Source: Dehalococcoidia bacterium
Lineage (GTDB): Bacteria > Chloroflexota > Dehalococcoidia > E44-bin15
NCBI GenBank assembly: GCA_030610655.1
Contig: JAUWRG010000002.1
Coordinates: 1-59,778, forward strand
Direction: 5' to 3'
DNA: 59,778 bases
In this document: piece after piece, positions 10,190 to 23,757 of the stretch
Layout of the letters: each line of letters opens with the position of its first letter
How positions within the stretch are numbered: position 1 is the first letter of the stretch
Program-made: the position numbers and the translations under genes
The notes under the pieces: generated by a model
Databases searched by the model: none
Told to the model about the DNA's origin: nothing
The model's input: only the letters and a program-made list of their open reading frames with translations

Positions 10190-11764
10190 ATGAAGATTCT
10201 GATTGCTGACCGCATTGCCAAAGAAGGTATCGATGCGCTACGCGCCTATGCCAGTGTTGATGTCAGGTTGGGTATGGGTTTCCATGAGCTTTTAGGTATC
10301 ATTCGCCAGTATGAAGCCTTGGTGGTAAGAAGCGAGACAAAGGTTACAGCAGAGATCATCGAAGCGGGGGAGAAACTTCAGGTAATCGGGCGCGCTGGTG
10401 TGGGGGTGGACAATATTGATCTGGAGGCGGCAACAAGGAAAGGCATCGTCGTAGTCAATGCCCCCGCAGGAAATACCATCGCTGCTGCGGAGCATACTAT
10501 AGCCTTGATGCTCGCTATGGCGCGCAATATACCTCAGGCGTGCGCAGCACTAAGGTCTGGTGTGTGGCGCCGGCATGACTTCATGGGCATTGAGATAAGG
10601 AATAAGACATTGGGAATTATTGGGTTGGGTAATGTTGGCTCTGAAGTAGCTCGGCGCGCCAAGGGACTGGAGATGCGTCTTATTGCGTATGACCCCTTCG
10701 TCTCAGTCGAATACGCCGGCAATCTGGGGGTGGAGCTGGTTTCATTGAAGGGAATCCTTGGAGAGTCAGACTTTATCACTTTGCATACGCCACTTACTGA
10801 GGCGACCAAAGGGCTAATTGGTGACAAGGAACTCGGGATGGTTAAGCCAACGGTGCGGTTTATCAATTGCGCCCGTGGTGGCGTCATCGATGAAGAGGCG
10901 CTTTATAAGGCGGTTGAGGATGGGAGGGTAGCAGGTGCTGCCATAGACGTCTTTGTCGAAGAGCCGGCGACGGAAAGCATTCTGTTCAAGAATGATAGGA
11001 TTCTGGTTACTCCTCATCTCGCTGCGTCCACTTCAGAGGCCCAGGCGACTATCGCCTTGGATGTGGCTGAACAGATTATCGCTGTGCTTAGTGGTCAGCC
11101 TGCTAGGTATGCCGTAAATGCGCCCCTGATAACACCAGAGACTCGTCCCGTGGTGGCACCTTTTTTGGGCGTGGCTCAGCACGTGGGGCGACTGCTCTAT
11201 CAACTGGCTGAGGGGCAGTTGAGCACAATTAACATCAAATACGAGGGGGAGATCGCCATTTATGATACCGCTGCGCTAAGGGCGGCGGTTATCGGCGGCC
11301 TTTTGGAGAAGATTAGTGAGGAGCGGGTTAACTTGGTTAATGCTCACATAATCGCCCAAAGGCGAGGGCTGAAGGTCATAGAGCATAAGGATCCAGTTTG
11401 TGAAAACTATGGGAATCTGATAACACTGGAGGTGACCACCAGCGTTGGGACTACCACCGTGGCGGGCACGGTGATGAGGAGCGAGCCTCACATCGTCAGG
11501 GTTAACAGCTACTGGATAGATGTAGTGCCGAGAGGGGGCTATTTCATCTTTAGTGATCATCGGGACCGTCCTGGGCTTATTGGGACGGTGGGCACTATAC
11601 TGGGAAACGCCGACATTAATATCAGCTCTATGCAATTGGGCAGGCTTGAGCCTAGAGGGCGGGCGCTCTTGGTGCTTGAGCTTGATGAGGCAGTTAACGA
11701 GGAGCAGCTTCTTGAACTCGGGGCGATCCCTGAAATCTACACTTTGAAGTTAGTGAAGCTTTAA
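10190..11764 (+). CDS. serA: D-3-phosphoglycerate dehydrogenase (long form with ASB and ACT domains)
   Basis: 524 aa. NAD-binding GLGNVG, a 2-hydroxyacid dehydrogenase core, and a C-terminal ACT-like segment. Confidence 0.93.
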   Translation: MKILIADRIAKEGIDALRAYASVDVRLGMGFHELLGIIRQYEALVVRSETKVTAEIIEAGEKLQVIGRAGVGVDNIDLEAATRKGIVVVNAPAGNTIAAAEHTIALMLAMARNIPQACAALRSGVWRRHDFMGIEIRNKTLGIIGLGNVGSEVARRAKGLEMRLIAYDPFVSVEYAGNLGVELVSLKGILGESDFITLHTPLTEATKGLIGDKELGMVKPTVRFINCARGGVIDEEALYKAVEDGRVAGAAIDVFVEEPATESILFKNDRILVTPHLAASTSEAQATIALDVAEQIIAVLSGQPARYAVNAPLITPETRPVVAPFLGVAQHVGRLLYQLAEGQLSTINIKYEGEIAIYDTAALRAAVIGGLLEKISEERVNLVNAHIIAQRRGLKVIEHKDPVCENYGNLITLEVTTSVGTTTVAGTVMRSEPHIVRVNSYWIDVVPRGGYFIFSDHRDRPGLIGTVGTILGNADINISSMQLGRLEPRGRALLVLELDEAVNEEQLLELGAIPEIYTLKLVKL

Positions 11765-11830
11765 TGTGGAGATGGAACGTGCAGCGAGGAAACAGAGCAT
11801 GATGGGCAAGGTTCTGAAGAAGGAACTTAG

Positions 11831-13876
<2,046 letters not shown>

Positions 13877-13888
13877 AGGAGGTAGGAA

Positions 13889-14314
13889 ATGGCAAAGCTA
13901 CTCATCATCTATCACTCTCAAACTGGGAACACAGAGGAGATGGCCAAGGCGGTGGCTGAGGGGGCAAAGGTGGAGGTCACACTTAAAAAGGCATTTGATG
14001 CCAAGGCTGAAGACCTTATTGCCTGCGATGCTGTTGCCTTTGGTTCACCAACCAACTTCGGCTATATGTCTGGAGCGGTAAAAGACTTCTTCGACCGAAC
14101 TCTTCCAGCTTGCCGTGGCAAGGTTGATGGTAAGCCTTTCGCTGCCTTTGCCAGCATGGCCGCGGAGAAAAGGGTCGCCATTGAAGCTATTGAGTCCATA
14201 GCTGCTTCCTTCGGCTTAAAGAAGGTTGCGGATGGTCCACTTGCCAAAGGCAAACCTGCTCCGGAGATTCTGGACGAGTGCCGGGAGTTGGGTAAGAAGC
14301 TTGCTACTGGCTAA
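13889..14314 (+). CDS. flavodoxin-family protein
   Basis: 141 aa with the FMN-binding loop LIIYHSQTGNTEEMA. Strong RBS AAGGAGG. Confidence 0.8.
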   Translation: MAKLLIIYHSQTGNTEEMAKAVAEGAKVEVTLKKAFDAKAEDLIACDAVAFGSPTNFGYMSGAVKDFFDRTLPACRGKVDGKPFAAFASMAAEKRVAIEAIESIAASFGLKKVADGPLAKGKPAPEILDECRELGKKLATG

Positions 14315-14317
14315 AGA

Positions 14318-14869
14318 GTGAAACTGATTGTTGGCTTGGGAAATCCTGGCAGGTCTTATGCTAACGACCGCCACAACGTTGGGTTTCGCTGCCTGGGACA
14401 CTTCGCTCGAGAACACGGTATCTCCATCAGGGAGCGGAAGTCGAGGGCGAAGTTGGGCACTGGCGATATTGCGGGGACAAAGGTGGTCCTTGCTAAGCCG
14501 CAGACCTTCATGAACCTGAGCGGTCAGTCGGTTGGCTTACTGGTGCGCCGGTTTAGCGTTTCACCTGGCGACCTCCTGGTGATCCATGACGATATGGACC
14601 TGCCTCTGGGTAAAGTGCGTATTCGCCAGCGTGGCAGCTCGGCAGGGCATAAAGGGGTGGAGTCCATCATCACTTCGTTGGGAAGCGATGAGTTCCTCCG
14701 AATTCGCGTTGGCATCGGTCACCCCGAGGGCGATGTAATTTCCTATGTTCTGAAGGGATTCACTTCCGAAGAGAGAGAAATCGTAAAACAGGTTATGTCC
14801 ACGGTCTCTGACGCTATTTATTGCATCATCAGCGAAGGGATTGATGCGGCGATGAACCGCTATAACTGA
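14318..14869 (+). CDS. pth: peptidyl-tRNA hydrolase
   Basis: KLIVGLGNPGRSYANDRHNVGF plus HDDMDLPLGKVRIR and GHKG motifs. Confidence 0.93.
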   Translation: MKLIVGLGNPGRSYANDRHNVGFRCLGHFAREHGISIRERKSRAKLGTGDIAGTKVVLAKPQTFMNLSGQSVGLLVRRFSVSPGDLLVIHDDMDLPLGKVRIRQRGSSAGHKGVESIITSLGSDEFLRIRVGIGHPEGDVISYVLKGFTSEEREIVKQVMSTVSDAIYCIISEGIDAAMNRYN

Positions 14870-14893
14870 CTCTCTTTTTACCCTTCAGGTCAT

Positions 14894-15010
14894 TTAGCAA
14901 ATGCTCATCTGTCATTCTGACCCCGATTTGTCGGGGGAAGAATCTAGACCATTCCCTTTCGCTTCGCTCAAGGTCAGGGTGGCGCTGCACAGCAGGTATA
15001 AAATAGACAC
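14894..15010 (+). repeat. R1 structured intergenic repeat, copy b
   Basis: About 95 percent identical to 1451-1566 over the 100-nt core, in the same orientation. Confidence 0.85.
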
Positions 15011-15111
15011 CGGTTGCCTCTTTTGGTTGTAGCATCTCAAAGCGAAGTGCTATAATTTGCCTTAACCTTTCGAAAAGGCTGGAATTTCTGGTGCGTTAGT
15101 AAGGAGTGTAG

Positions 15112-15606
15112 ATGTTCATATCTGTTATCGGTAGCAGTGATTGTTCCGAGGATGAGGAGCGGCTCGCTGAGGAGGTGGGACAGGAGTTGGCGAGACGAGG
15201 CGCTACCCTGATATGCGGTGGCCTTGATGGGGTGATGGAGGCAGCATGTCGGGGAGCAGATTCTCAAGGAGGCACCACTATTGGTATCCTGCCAGGGAAC
15301 AGTCGCTACGATGCTAATGCTTATGTAAGAATCCCCATTGTGACCGGCATGGGCTATGCAAGAAATGCCATTGTTGCTAAGTCGGGCGAGGCGGTTATTG
15401 CCATTAGTGGAAGCTATGGAACGCTCTCCGAGATCGCCTATGCTTTGCAAAATGGCATCCCCGTTATTGGCCTCGGTACTTGGTCGCTATCAAGAGGCGG
15501 GCAAACGGATAGATCGATAATCATTGCTCAAAGTGCTGCTGATGCTGTGGAGAAGGCGGTTGCTGCTGTAAATTCTCATGGGCAACTACCCACAAACAAA
15601 TCATAA
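15112..15606 (+). CDS. TIGR00725/LOG-like (SLOG fold) protein
   Basis: 164 aa. ICGGLDGVMEAACRGA...GILPG...PIVTGMG...GSYGTLSEIAYAL fits the lysine-decarboxylase-like/LOG superfamily pattern. The last ~8 codons overlap repeat R2 copy b. Confidence 0.75.
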   Translation: MFISVIGSSDCSEDEERLAEEVGQELARRGATLICGGLDGVMEAACRGADSQGGTTIGILPGNSRYDANAYVRIPIVTGMGYARNAIVAKSGEAVIAISGSYGTLSEIAYALQNGIPVIGLGTWSLSRGGQTDRSIIIAQSAADAVEKAVAAVNSHGQLPTNKS

Positions 15607-15742
15607 AAATAGGTTGTCCCAGATACCGTTCGTGGTCCTTCTACAGAAGGATGTCGAACCATGAACGGCCCTTCGATAGGCTCTCTGAACGAAGTATCGG
15701 AGTCCGCAATGCGGACAGGGTGAACGAAATAAATCGATTTTG
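15581..15742 (+). repeat. R2 mosaic intergenic repeat, copy b (upstream of eno)
   Basis: Carries the same 5'/3' modules as the other R2 copies. Its internal module (TCCTTCTACAGAAGGATGTCGAACCATGAACGGCCCTTCGA...ACGAAGTATCGGAGTCCGCAATGCGGACAGGG) is shared with copy d. Confidence 0.85.
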
Positions 15743-15763
15743 AAGCAAAAGAAAGGCGATTAA

Positions 15764-17071
<1,308 letters not shown>

Positions 17072-17076
17072 AGGAT

Positions 17077-17313
17077 ATGCTTACAGTTTATATCGCTGAG
17101 GCAATGGCTCGGGCAACCTACAAAATCCTGGAGGAGGGCACCTATTTGGGCGAAATCCCTGGCATCCCTGGCGTCTGGTCTAATGAGGCTACCTTGGAGG
17201 AATGTCGCAAGGTGCTTCAGGAAGTGCTTGAAGAGTGGCTGCTGCTGAAACTGCGCGACAACGATGAGATTCCGCCGCTGGGTGAGATCAGTCTTGCCAA
17301 GAAGGGTGTCTAA
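17077..17313 (+). CDS. hicB: HicB-family antitoxin (short, UPF0150-like)
   Basis: YLGEIPGIPGVWSNEATLEECRKVLQEVLEEWL is the typical HicB/UPF0150 core. It lies immediately upstream of a HicA-like ORF. Confidence 0.7.
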   Translation: MLTVYIAEAMARATYKILEEGTYLGEIPGIPGVWSNEATLEECRKVLQEVLEEWLLLKLRDNDEIPPLGEISLAKKGV

Positions 17314-17315
17314 TT

Positions 17316-17528
17316 ATGAAGCCAATCCCGAGGCGGGAGCTTATCCGCAGGTTTCAGGCCCTGGGATTTGAAGGGCCGATTAGCGGTGGTCGGCACGCCT
17401 TTATGCAGAAAGGGAGCCTCAAGGTACATATTCCCAGTGAGCATAGACGAGACATCTCAGTGGCTCTCCAGAGGGAGATTCTTCGGTCGCTTCGCTCCTT
17501 CAGAATGACAAAAGGCAAGCAAGGTTAG
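17316..17528 (+). CDS. hicA: HicA-family toxin, C-terminus replaced by repeat-derived sequence
   Basis: RRELIRRFQALGFEGPISGGRHAFM is the HicA fold with the catalytic-region His. The last ~13 codons (SLRSFRMTKGKQG) are encoded by an inverted R1 repeat fragment. Confidence 0.65.
   Translation: MKPIPRRELIRRFQALGFEGPISGGRHAFMQKGSLKVHIPSEHRRDISVALQREILRSLRSFRMTKGKQG
17478..17510 (-). repeat. R1-type repeat fragment (inverted) inside the hicA 3' end
   Basis: The reverse complement reads GTCATTCTGAAGGAGCGAAGCGACCGAAGAATC, compared with the R1 variant GTCATTCTGAGCGAAGCGAAGAATC at 58318. Confidence 0.6.
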
Positions 17529-17589
17529 GATGACAGAAAGGTAACAATAAAGGGTCGCACTACTCTATGAAAAAGAAGTAAACACTGAT

Positions 17590-17741
17590 GGGCCACCGCC
17601 CACCAGCGAATCATGGCTGCGAAGCAGGTTGCAAATAGGTCGTGCCAAATACCGTTCTTGGTGAGCCCTTCGGCTTCGCTCAGGACAGGCTTGTCGAAGT
17701 ATGAACGGCCCTTCGATAAACTCAGGGCGAACGGAATAAAA
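17590..17741 (+). repeat. R2 mosaic intergenic repeat, copy c
   Basis: Carries the 5' module plus the extra GCTGCGAAGCAGGTTG block shared with copy e, and ends GCGAACGGAATAAAAGAC 3 nt before the downstream ATG. Confidence 0.85.
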
Positions 17742-17744
17742 GAC

Positions 17745-18803
17745 ATGAAGCAGATCGGCATTACTACTACAGTCCCTATAGAGGTCTTGATAGCGGCGGG
17801 CTATAAGCCCGTTGACCTGAATAATGTCTTTATATCCGACCCTGACCCAGAGAGGCTGGTTAACATTGCCGAGCGGGATGGCTTCCCGATAAACTGCTGT
17901 ACATGGATCAAGGGCATATACGGGGTTGCTATGGAGCGGGGCATAGATACCGTCCTCTGTGTTACCACTGGTGATTGCTCCAATACCATCATGCTCATGG
18001 AGGTATTTAAGCTGAAAGGACTCAATGTGATTCCTTTTGCTTACCCCAATCTTCCCGATACTTCGGACATGCAGCGCACCGTTGAATCTCTTGCCAAGAC
18101 TTTAAATACGACTGTGCAAGCGGCTGAGAAAGCTCGGAAAAAGCTTGAGCCAGCGAGAAGCCTGGCTGCGGAGCTTGACCGGCTCACCTGGAGAGATGGC
18201 GTCATTAGCGGGTGGGAGAACCACTACTGGCTTGTTTCAAGCTCGGACTTCCTGGGAGACTACAAAGAATATGAGCGGCAATTGAGTGAGGTTCTGCACG
18301 AAGCTCAGGGGCGGAAATCCTACCCAGATGACATGCTTCGCCTCGCCTATATCGGCGTGCCTCCGGTCTTCGCCAAGGATCTGTACCATTTTGTGGAATC
18401 CCAGGGGGCAAGGATTGTATTCAACGAGACTCAGCGCCAGTTCGCCATGACCGAAGAGGGAAACTCCCTCGCTAAGCAGTACTCAGCCTACACATATCCC
18501 TACTCCATTTTCGACAGGCTGAACGATATCATCCCCCAGCTAAGCCTTCGCCGGGTGGATGGGGTGATTCACTATGTTCAAGCCTTTTGCCACCGTGGCA
18601 TCGGCGACATCATCTTTCGCCAACGAATTGACCTACCTATTCTGACCCTGGAGGGAAACAATGATTATCTTCTCACCCAGCACCTGCAGACGAGGGTCGA
18701 AGCTTTTATCGACATGATTAAGCGTCGCAGTTCAAGCAGGGGTGATAGACATTTACGTTTTTCCCGCGTTGTCGCTAGCAAGGTAAAACAATCTCGTCCT
18801 TAA
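17745..18803 (+). CDS. 2-hydroxyacyl-CoA dehydratase family protein (HGD-D/BcrB-like), stand-alone
   Basis: About 352 aa from the ATG at 17745. TGDCSN, the IGVPPVF...ESQGARIVFNE region and the C-terminal DGVIHYVQAFCH...LTLEGNNDY...TRVEAFIDMI fit the family pattern. The 44 upstream codons in the track ORF are repeat R2. Confidence 0.7.
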   Translation: MKQIGITTTVPIEVLIAAGYKPVDLNNVFISDPDPERLVNIAERDGFPINCCTWIKGIYGVAMERGIDTVLCVTTGDCSNTIMLMEVFKLKGLNVIPFAYPNLPDTSDMQRTVESLAKTLNTTVQAAEKARKKLEPARSLAAELDRLTWRDGVISGWENHYWLVSSSDFLGDYKEYERQLSEVLHEAQGRKSYPDDMLRLAYIGVPPVFAKDLYHFVESQGARIVFNETQRQFAMTEEGNSLAKQYSAYTYPYSIFDRLNDIIPQLSLRRVDGVIHYVQAFCHRGIGDIIFRQRIDLPILTLEGNNDYLLTQHLQTRVEAFIDMIKRRSSSRGDRHLRFSRVVASKVKQSRP

Positions 18804-18864
18804 CCTTTGAGCTTGCTGGATCGGTGACGCTTGTAGCCAATGGACGCTTGACGGGGATGCTTAG

Positions 18865-20085
<1,221 letters not shown>

Positions 20086-20145
20086 TTTTGGCGAACCACT
20101 GCAATAAGCATCTACAGCTAAGGGTTATATCGTTTTGCCCTAGGG

Positions 20146-20174
20146 TTGACAACAGCGCTGCCTAGTGCTATTGT
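20146..20174 (+). promoter_or_regulatory. putative sigma-70-type promoter for the ABC substrate-binding gene
   Basis: TTGACA (20146-20151), 17-nt spacer, TATTGT (20169-20174). It would give a ~200-nt leader. Confidence 0.35.
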
Positions 20175-20385
20175 CAGACAACCCGAATGTAGTGCATGCG
20201 ATTGAGCAGGCGTGTTGTGAACTTTAGAGCATCTGGAGTTATGATGAAGACACGCTTGACTTATGGGCAGGCGGTGAACAATTCCGACGAAACAGTTTCG
20301 CCGCGCAGTTCAGGAAAAGGGGGTGATGGTAGCGGCTCGGATTTGATAAAGGTCAGGATAAAGGTGACTAAAGGAGGTTGGAGAG

Positions 20386-21681
20386 ATGAAGAAGGTGATA
20401 ATAGGGGCCATTATCCCGTTAGCTGTCTGTGTGGTACTGCTGGTGACAAGTTGCGGTGGGGCTGCCCCGGGGAAAGTGGTAAAAATAGGCGTAGTTGGCC
20501 CGATGACTTTCATACAGGGCGAGCACCACTGGTACGGCGCTCAGTTGGCCGCTGAGGAGATAAATGCTGCTGGCGGCGTAATGGTGGGAAACGAGGCCTA
20601 CCAGATAAAGCTGGTCAAAGTTGACTCCAATGAAATCATCAGCGTTACAGATGCCGCCAATGCAATTGAAAGGACGATAACCGTTGACAAGGTGGACTTT
20701 ATTGTTGGTGGCTTCAGGACTGAGGCGGTAACTCCGATGCAAGAGATCGCCATGGATTATGGGAGGATTTTCCTCTGTTGCGGTTCGTCCACAAAGGAAC
20801 TATGTGACAAGGTGGGCGACGATTATGACCGGTACAAGTACTGGTTCAGGGTTACCCCAATAAATAGCACCTACCTTGGTAAGGTCGATTTCATGCTTCT
20901 AGGAATGGTGGCCGAGGAACTAAAAGCCGAGTGCGGGATTGAGGTGCCCAAGGTGGCCATATTGGCCGAGAAGCTGGAGTGGGCAGAAGACATAGTTGCG
21001 GCTGCTCAGGTGCTGCTTCCTGTCATGTATGGTATGGAGGTGGTTGGTACATGGCGGCCTTCCGATACCGCCACCGAGGTAACGGCTGAATTGACAGCCA
21101 TAGAAGCTGCGGGAGCCCACATAATCTTCACCACATTCTCGGGACCGGTGGGGATTCCCTACGCCAGGCAATGGGGTGAGATGCAAATCCCAGCGGCTTC
21201 GGTGGGGATCAATGTTGAAGCCCAGAAGGAGGGCTTCTGGGATGCAACGGGAGGATACGGCGAATATGAGACAACTATGAATACCTACGCCCCGGGGGTT
21301 AAAATCACCGACCAAACCATAGACTTTGGTGAAAGATTTGTAGAGGATGTTGGAGAGTTTCCCACGTATTGTGCCGGGACCTATGAAGCGCTATACGTAC
21401 TGAAAGACGCTATAGAAGCGGCAGGCACGCTGGATAGCGATGCCGTCATTGTCGAACTGGAGAAGACCGATTATACTGGAACCGCTGGCAGAATAGTGTT
21501 CGACGAGAACCATGACGTGGTCTGGGGTCCGGGTTATGTAACCGGCCTCGGCGTGCAATGGCAAGATGGAGAGATGGAGTGCGTTTGGCCTCCTGCCGAC
21601 GGATCGTGGGAAGGGGTAGTTTATGAAGGCGCTGTAACGTATGAACTACCACCGTGGGTGATAGAAGCTTGGGCGCCATAA
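20386..21681 (+). CDS. ABC transporter substrate-binding lipoprotein, branched-chain amino acid (LivJ/LivK-like, type 1 PBP) family
   Basis: Signal peptide with lipobox LVTSCGG, then KIGVVGPMT...WYGAQLAAEEINAAGGV, typical of the family. RBS AAAGGAGG. Confidence 0.88.
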   Translation: MKKVIIGAIIPLAVCVVLLVTSCGGAAPGKVVKIGVVGPMTFIQGEHHWYGAQLAAEEINAAGGVMVGNEAYQIKLVKVDSNEIISVTDAANAIERTITVDKVDFIVGGFRTEAVTPMQEIAMDYGRIFLCCGSSTKELCDKVGDDYDRYKYWFRVTPINSTYLGKVDFMLLGMVAEELKAECGIEVPKVAILAEKLEWAEDIVAAAQVLLPVMYGMEVVGTWRPSDTATEVTAELTAIEAAGAHIIFTTFSGPVGIPYARQWGEMQIPAASVGINVEAQKEGFWDATGGYGEYETTMNTYAPGVKITDQTIDFGERFVEDVGEFPTYCAGTYEALYVLKDAIEAAGTLDSDAVIVELEKTDYTGTAGRIVFDENHDVVWGPGYVTGLGVQWQDGEMECVWPPADGSWEGVVYEGAVTYELPPWVIEAWAP

Positions 21682-21757
21682 TGCTTTAACTTTAACCTGC
21701 TGGATAGATGGTTTCCATTTTAGCCTGTGCTACGAGTTGGCGTATGGCATTAATCAG

Positions 21758-21815
21758 AGTATACCCCCTCTGCGGGACATGTGTCTTCGATGAGGGGGTA
21801 TATCCTGTATTTATT
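21758..21815 (+). terminator. hairpin/attenuator between the binding-protein gene and the permease genes
   Basis: ATACCCCCTC (21761-21770) pairs with GAGGGGGTAT (21792-21801) and is followed by a T-rich tract (TATTTATT). The 21-nt loop is long for a classic terminator. Confidence 0.35.
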
Positions 21816-21834
21816 GACGCGGGTGAGATGAATC

Positions 21835-22704
21835 ATGATTGAAATGATAATAATCACTGGACTAATAGCCAGTGGCGTGTATGCCCTGTTGGCGATAGGT
21901 TTCTCCCTCATTTTTGGGGCAGCACGCATCATCAATTTGACCCACACCGCATTTTACATGTTAGCCGCCTATTTGATATACACCTTCACCAGTTCCTTCG
22001 GTCTAAATCCCATTTTGTCCATTATCGTCTCGATAATAGCTGTAACAATCATCGGGGTATTGGTCTATATGCTGGTCATTGAACGCGTACGGGCACATGA
22101 AACCACGGTACTGATAGTGACTATGGCTCTGGCCATTATCATCCAAGAGGTAGTGCTCCTGGCGTTTGGTGGTCACTTTCGGGGGGTTTCCAGCCTGATT
22201 TCAGGATACGCGACGATACTGGGGATCAAGGTCACCTATCAGTATTTATTAACATTTGGGATGGTATTCATCATTCTTTTCGGTACATGGGCTCTGCTGA
22301 TGAAGACCAAGTTGGGGATCGCTATCAGGGCCACGGCTCAGGACAGAGAGGTGGCCAATCTGATGGGGATAAACGTAGCCAGAATAGGAATGATAACCAT
22401 GGCAATAGCTGTGGCGCTGGCTGCCATCGCCGGCGCACTGGTAGCTCCCTTATTCACTTTGACGCCCTACATGTGGATGCACCCATTGGTGATGGTTTTG
22501 GCCGTCGTTGTCCTCGGAGGGCTGGGGAGCATCAAGGGAAGTTTCGTCGGGGCCATTATCCTGGGATTTACCGAGACCCTGGTTGTTTTCCTGGTGCCTA
22601 CGGGTGCGTTCTTGAAGGGATCTGTGGCGCTGGCTATCATGTTGGTCATCATACTTATAAGGCCTGAAGGCCTATTCGGGGTATCCTTTGAGGAAGAGAG
22701 ATGA
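21835..22704 (+). CDS. livH: branched-chain amino acid ABC transporter permease (LivH-like)
   Basis: 289-aa polytopic membrane ORF with the family-typical IGFSLIFGAARIINLTH and MGINVARI segments. Confidence 0.88.
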   Translation: MIEMIIITGLIASGVYALLAIGFSLIFGAARIINLTHTAFYMLAAYLIYTFTSSFGLNPILSIIVSIIAVTIIGVLVYMLVIERVRAHETTVLIVTMALAIIIQEVVLLAFGGHFRGVSSLISGYATILGIKVTYQYLLTFGMVFIILFGTWALLMKTKLGIAIRATAQDREVANLMGINVARIGMITMAIAVALAAIAGALVAPLFTLTPYMWMHPLVMVLAVVVLGGLGSIKGSFVGAIILGFTETLVVFLVPTGAFLKGSVALAIMLVIILIRPEGLFGVSFEEER

Positions 22705-23747
22705 TTAGCATTGTAAACGCTTACATTGGCAGGGTATATAAGGAGTTCAGAGACGAGATTCTGGTCCTTCCCAGTAAAACAATAGTCTTGCTTTTCTGTT
22801 TGATCCTGTTTCTGATACCACTTATGACATCGGAACTCTACATTCTTCGCATCTTGATACTGGCGAGCATATTTGCCATTTTCGCTGCTAGCTGGGACCT
22901 GTTGTCTGGCTTTACCGGTCAGATGAATTTCGGCCATGCCCTTTTCTTCGGGGTTGCTGGCTATACATCTGCCCTTTTAAATCTGTACGTCGGACTACCG
23001 CCTTGGCTGACTATACCTATTGGAGCAGTTGCTGCGGTACTGGCTGGACTTGTTGTTGGTGTGCCCTGTCTTAGGCTGAGGGGTCCCTACCTGGCCCTTG
23101 CCACCCTGGCCTTTCCCTTAATCCTGACTGGGATAATATACATTTTCCCAGATATCACCGGTGGTGAGTTGGGCGTTTCCGGCATAGACCCTCTTTCGGG
23201 TTCGCGACTGATCGATTACTATATCGCCATCTCTCTTATGATCGGCCTGGGGTTTATTATGTGGAAGATCACTGGTTCCAAGACCGGCATCATTTTTCAC
23301 GCCATACGGGAAGATGAGGTGGCGGTGAGAGCATCCGGGATAAATACGACCAAGTATAAATTATTAGCCTTTTGTCTCAGCGGGCTTTTTGCCGGCATCG
23401 CTGGTGGCCTCTATGTCCATTTTATGAGGATTGCGGGTCCAACATCAACGTTGGCGCTCATGGTATCATTTCAGGCCATCATATGGGCCATTTTTGGAGG
23501 AATCGCCACCATCTACGGGCCAATAGCTGGTGTCTTCATCCTCGTCCCGGTAACAGAATTGCTGCGTGTCATGCCCGAGATACGAATGTTGCTCTTTGCC
23601 GTCATAGTATTGTTAGTACTGTTGTTTATGCCTGAGGGAATCACCACCTGGGTGAGGGACAAGATAGAAAAAGAATGCCCCAGATGCAAGGTGAGGAACA
23701 TAGCTACCCGTAAAATATGTCGGATATGTAGTGCTGACTTAGATTAG
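22701..23747 (+). CDS. livM: branched-chain amino acid ABC transporter permease (LivM-like) with C-terminal zinc-ribbon tail
   Basis: Membrane ORF overlapping livH by 4 nt, with SGFTGQMNFGHALFFGVGAY and IREDEVAVRASGINT motifs. The C-terminus is CPRCKVRNIATRKICRICSADLD. Confidence 0.88.
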   Translation: MISIVNAYIGRVYKEFRDEILVLPSKTIVLLFCLILFLIPLMTSELYILRILILASIFAIFAASWDLLSGFTGQMNFGHALFFGVAGYTSALLNLYVGLPPWLTIPIGAVAAVLAGLVVGVPCLRLRGPYLALATLAFPLILTGIIYIFPDITGGELGVSGIDPLSGSRLIDYYIAISLMIGLGFIMWKITGSKTGIIFHAIREDEVAVRASGINTTKYKLLAFCLSGLFAGIAGGLYVHFMRIAGPTSTLALMVSFQAIIWAIFGGIATIYGPIAGVFILVPVTELLRVMPEIRMLLFAVIVLLVLLFMPEGITTWVRDKIEKECPRCKVRNIATRKICRICSADLD

Positions 23748-23757
23748 TACCTAGAAG

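Noticed and set aside
20196-20555. 119-aa ORF in the leader of the ABC binding-protein gene
   Set aside because: It has no RBS and low-complexity Arg/Gly-rich sequence. It runs into and overlaps the well-supported lipoprotein gene start, so I treat the region as leader RNA instead.
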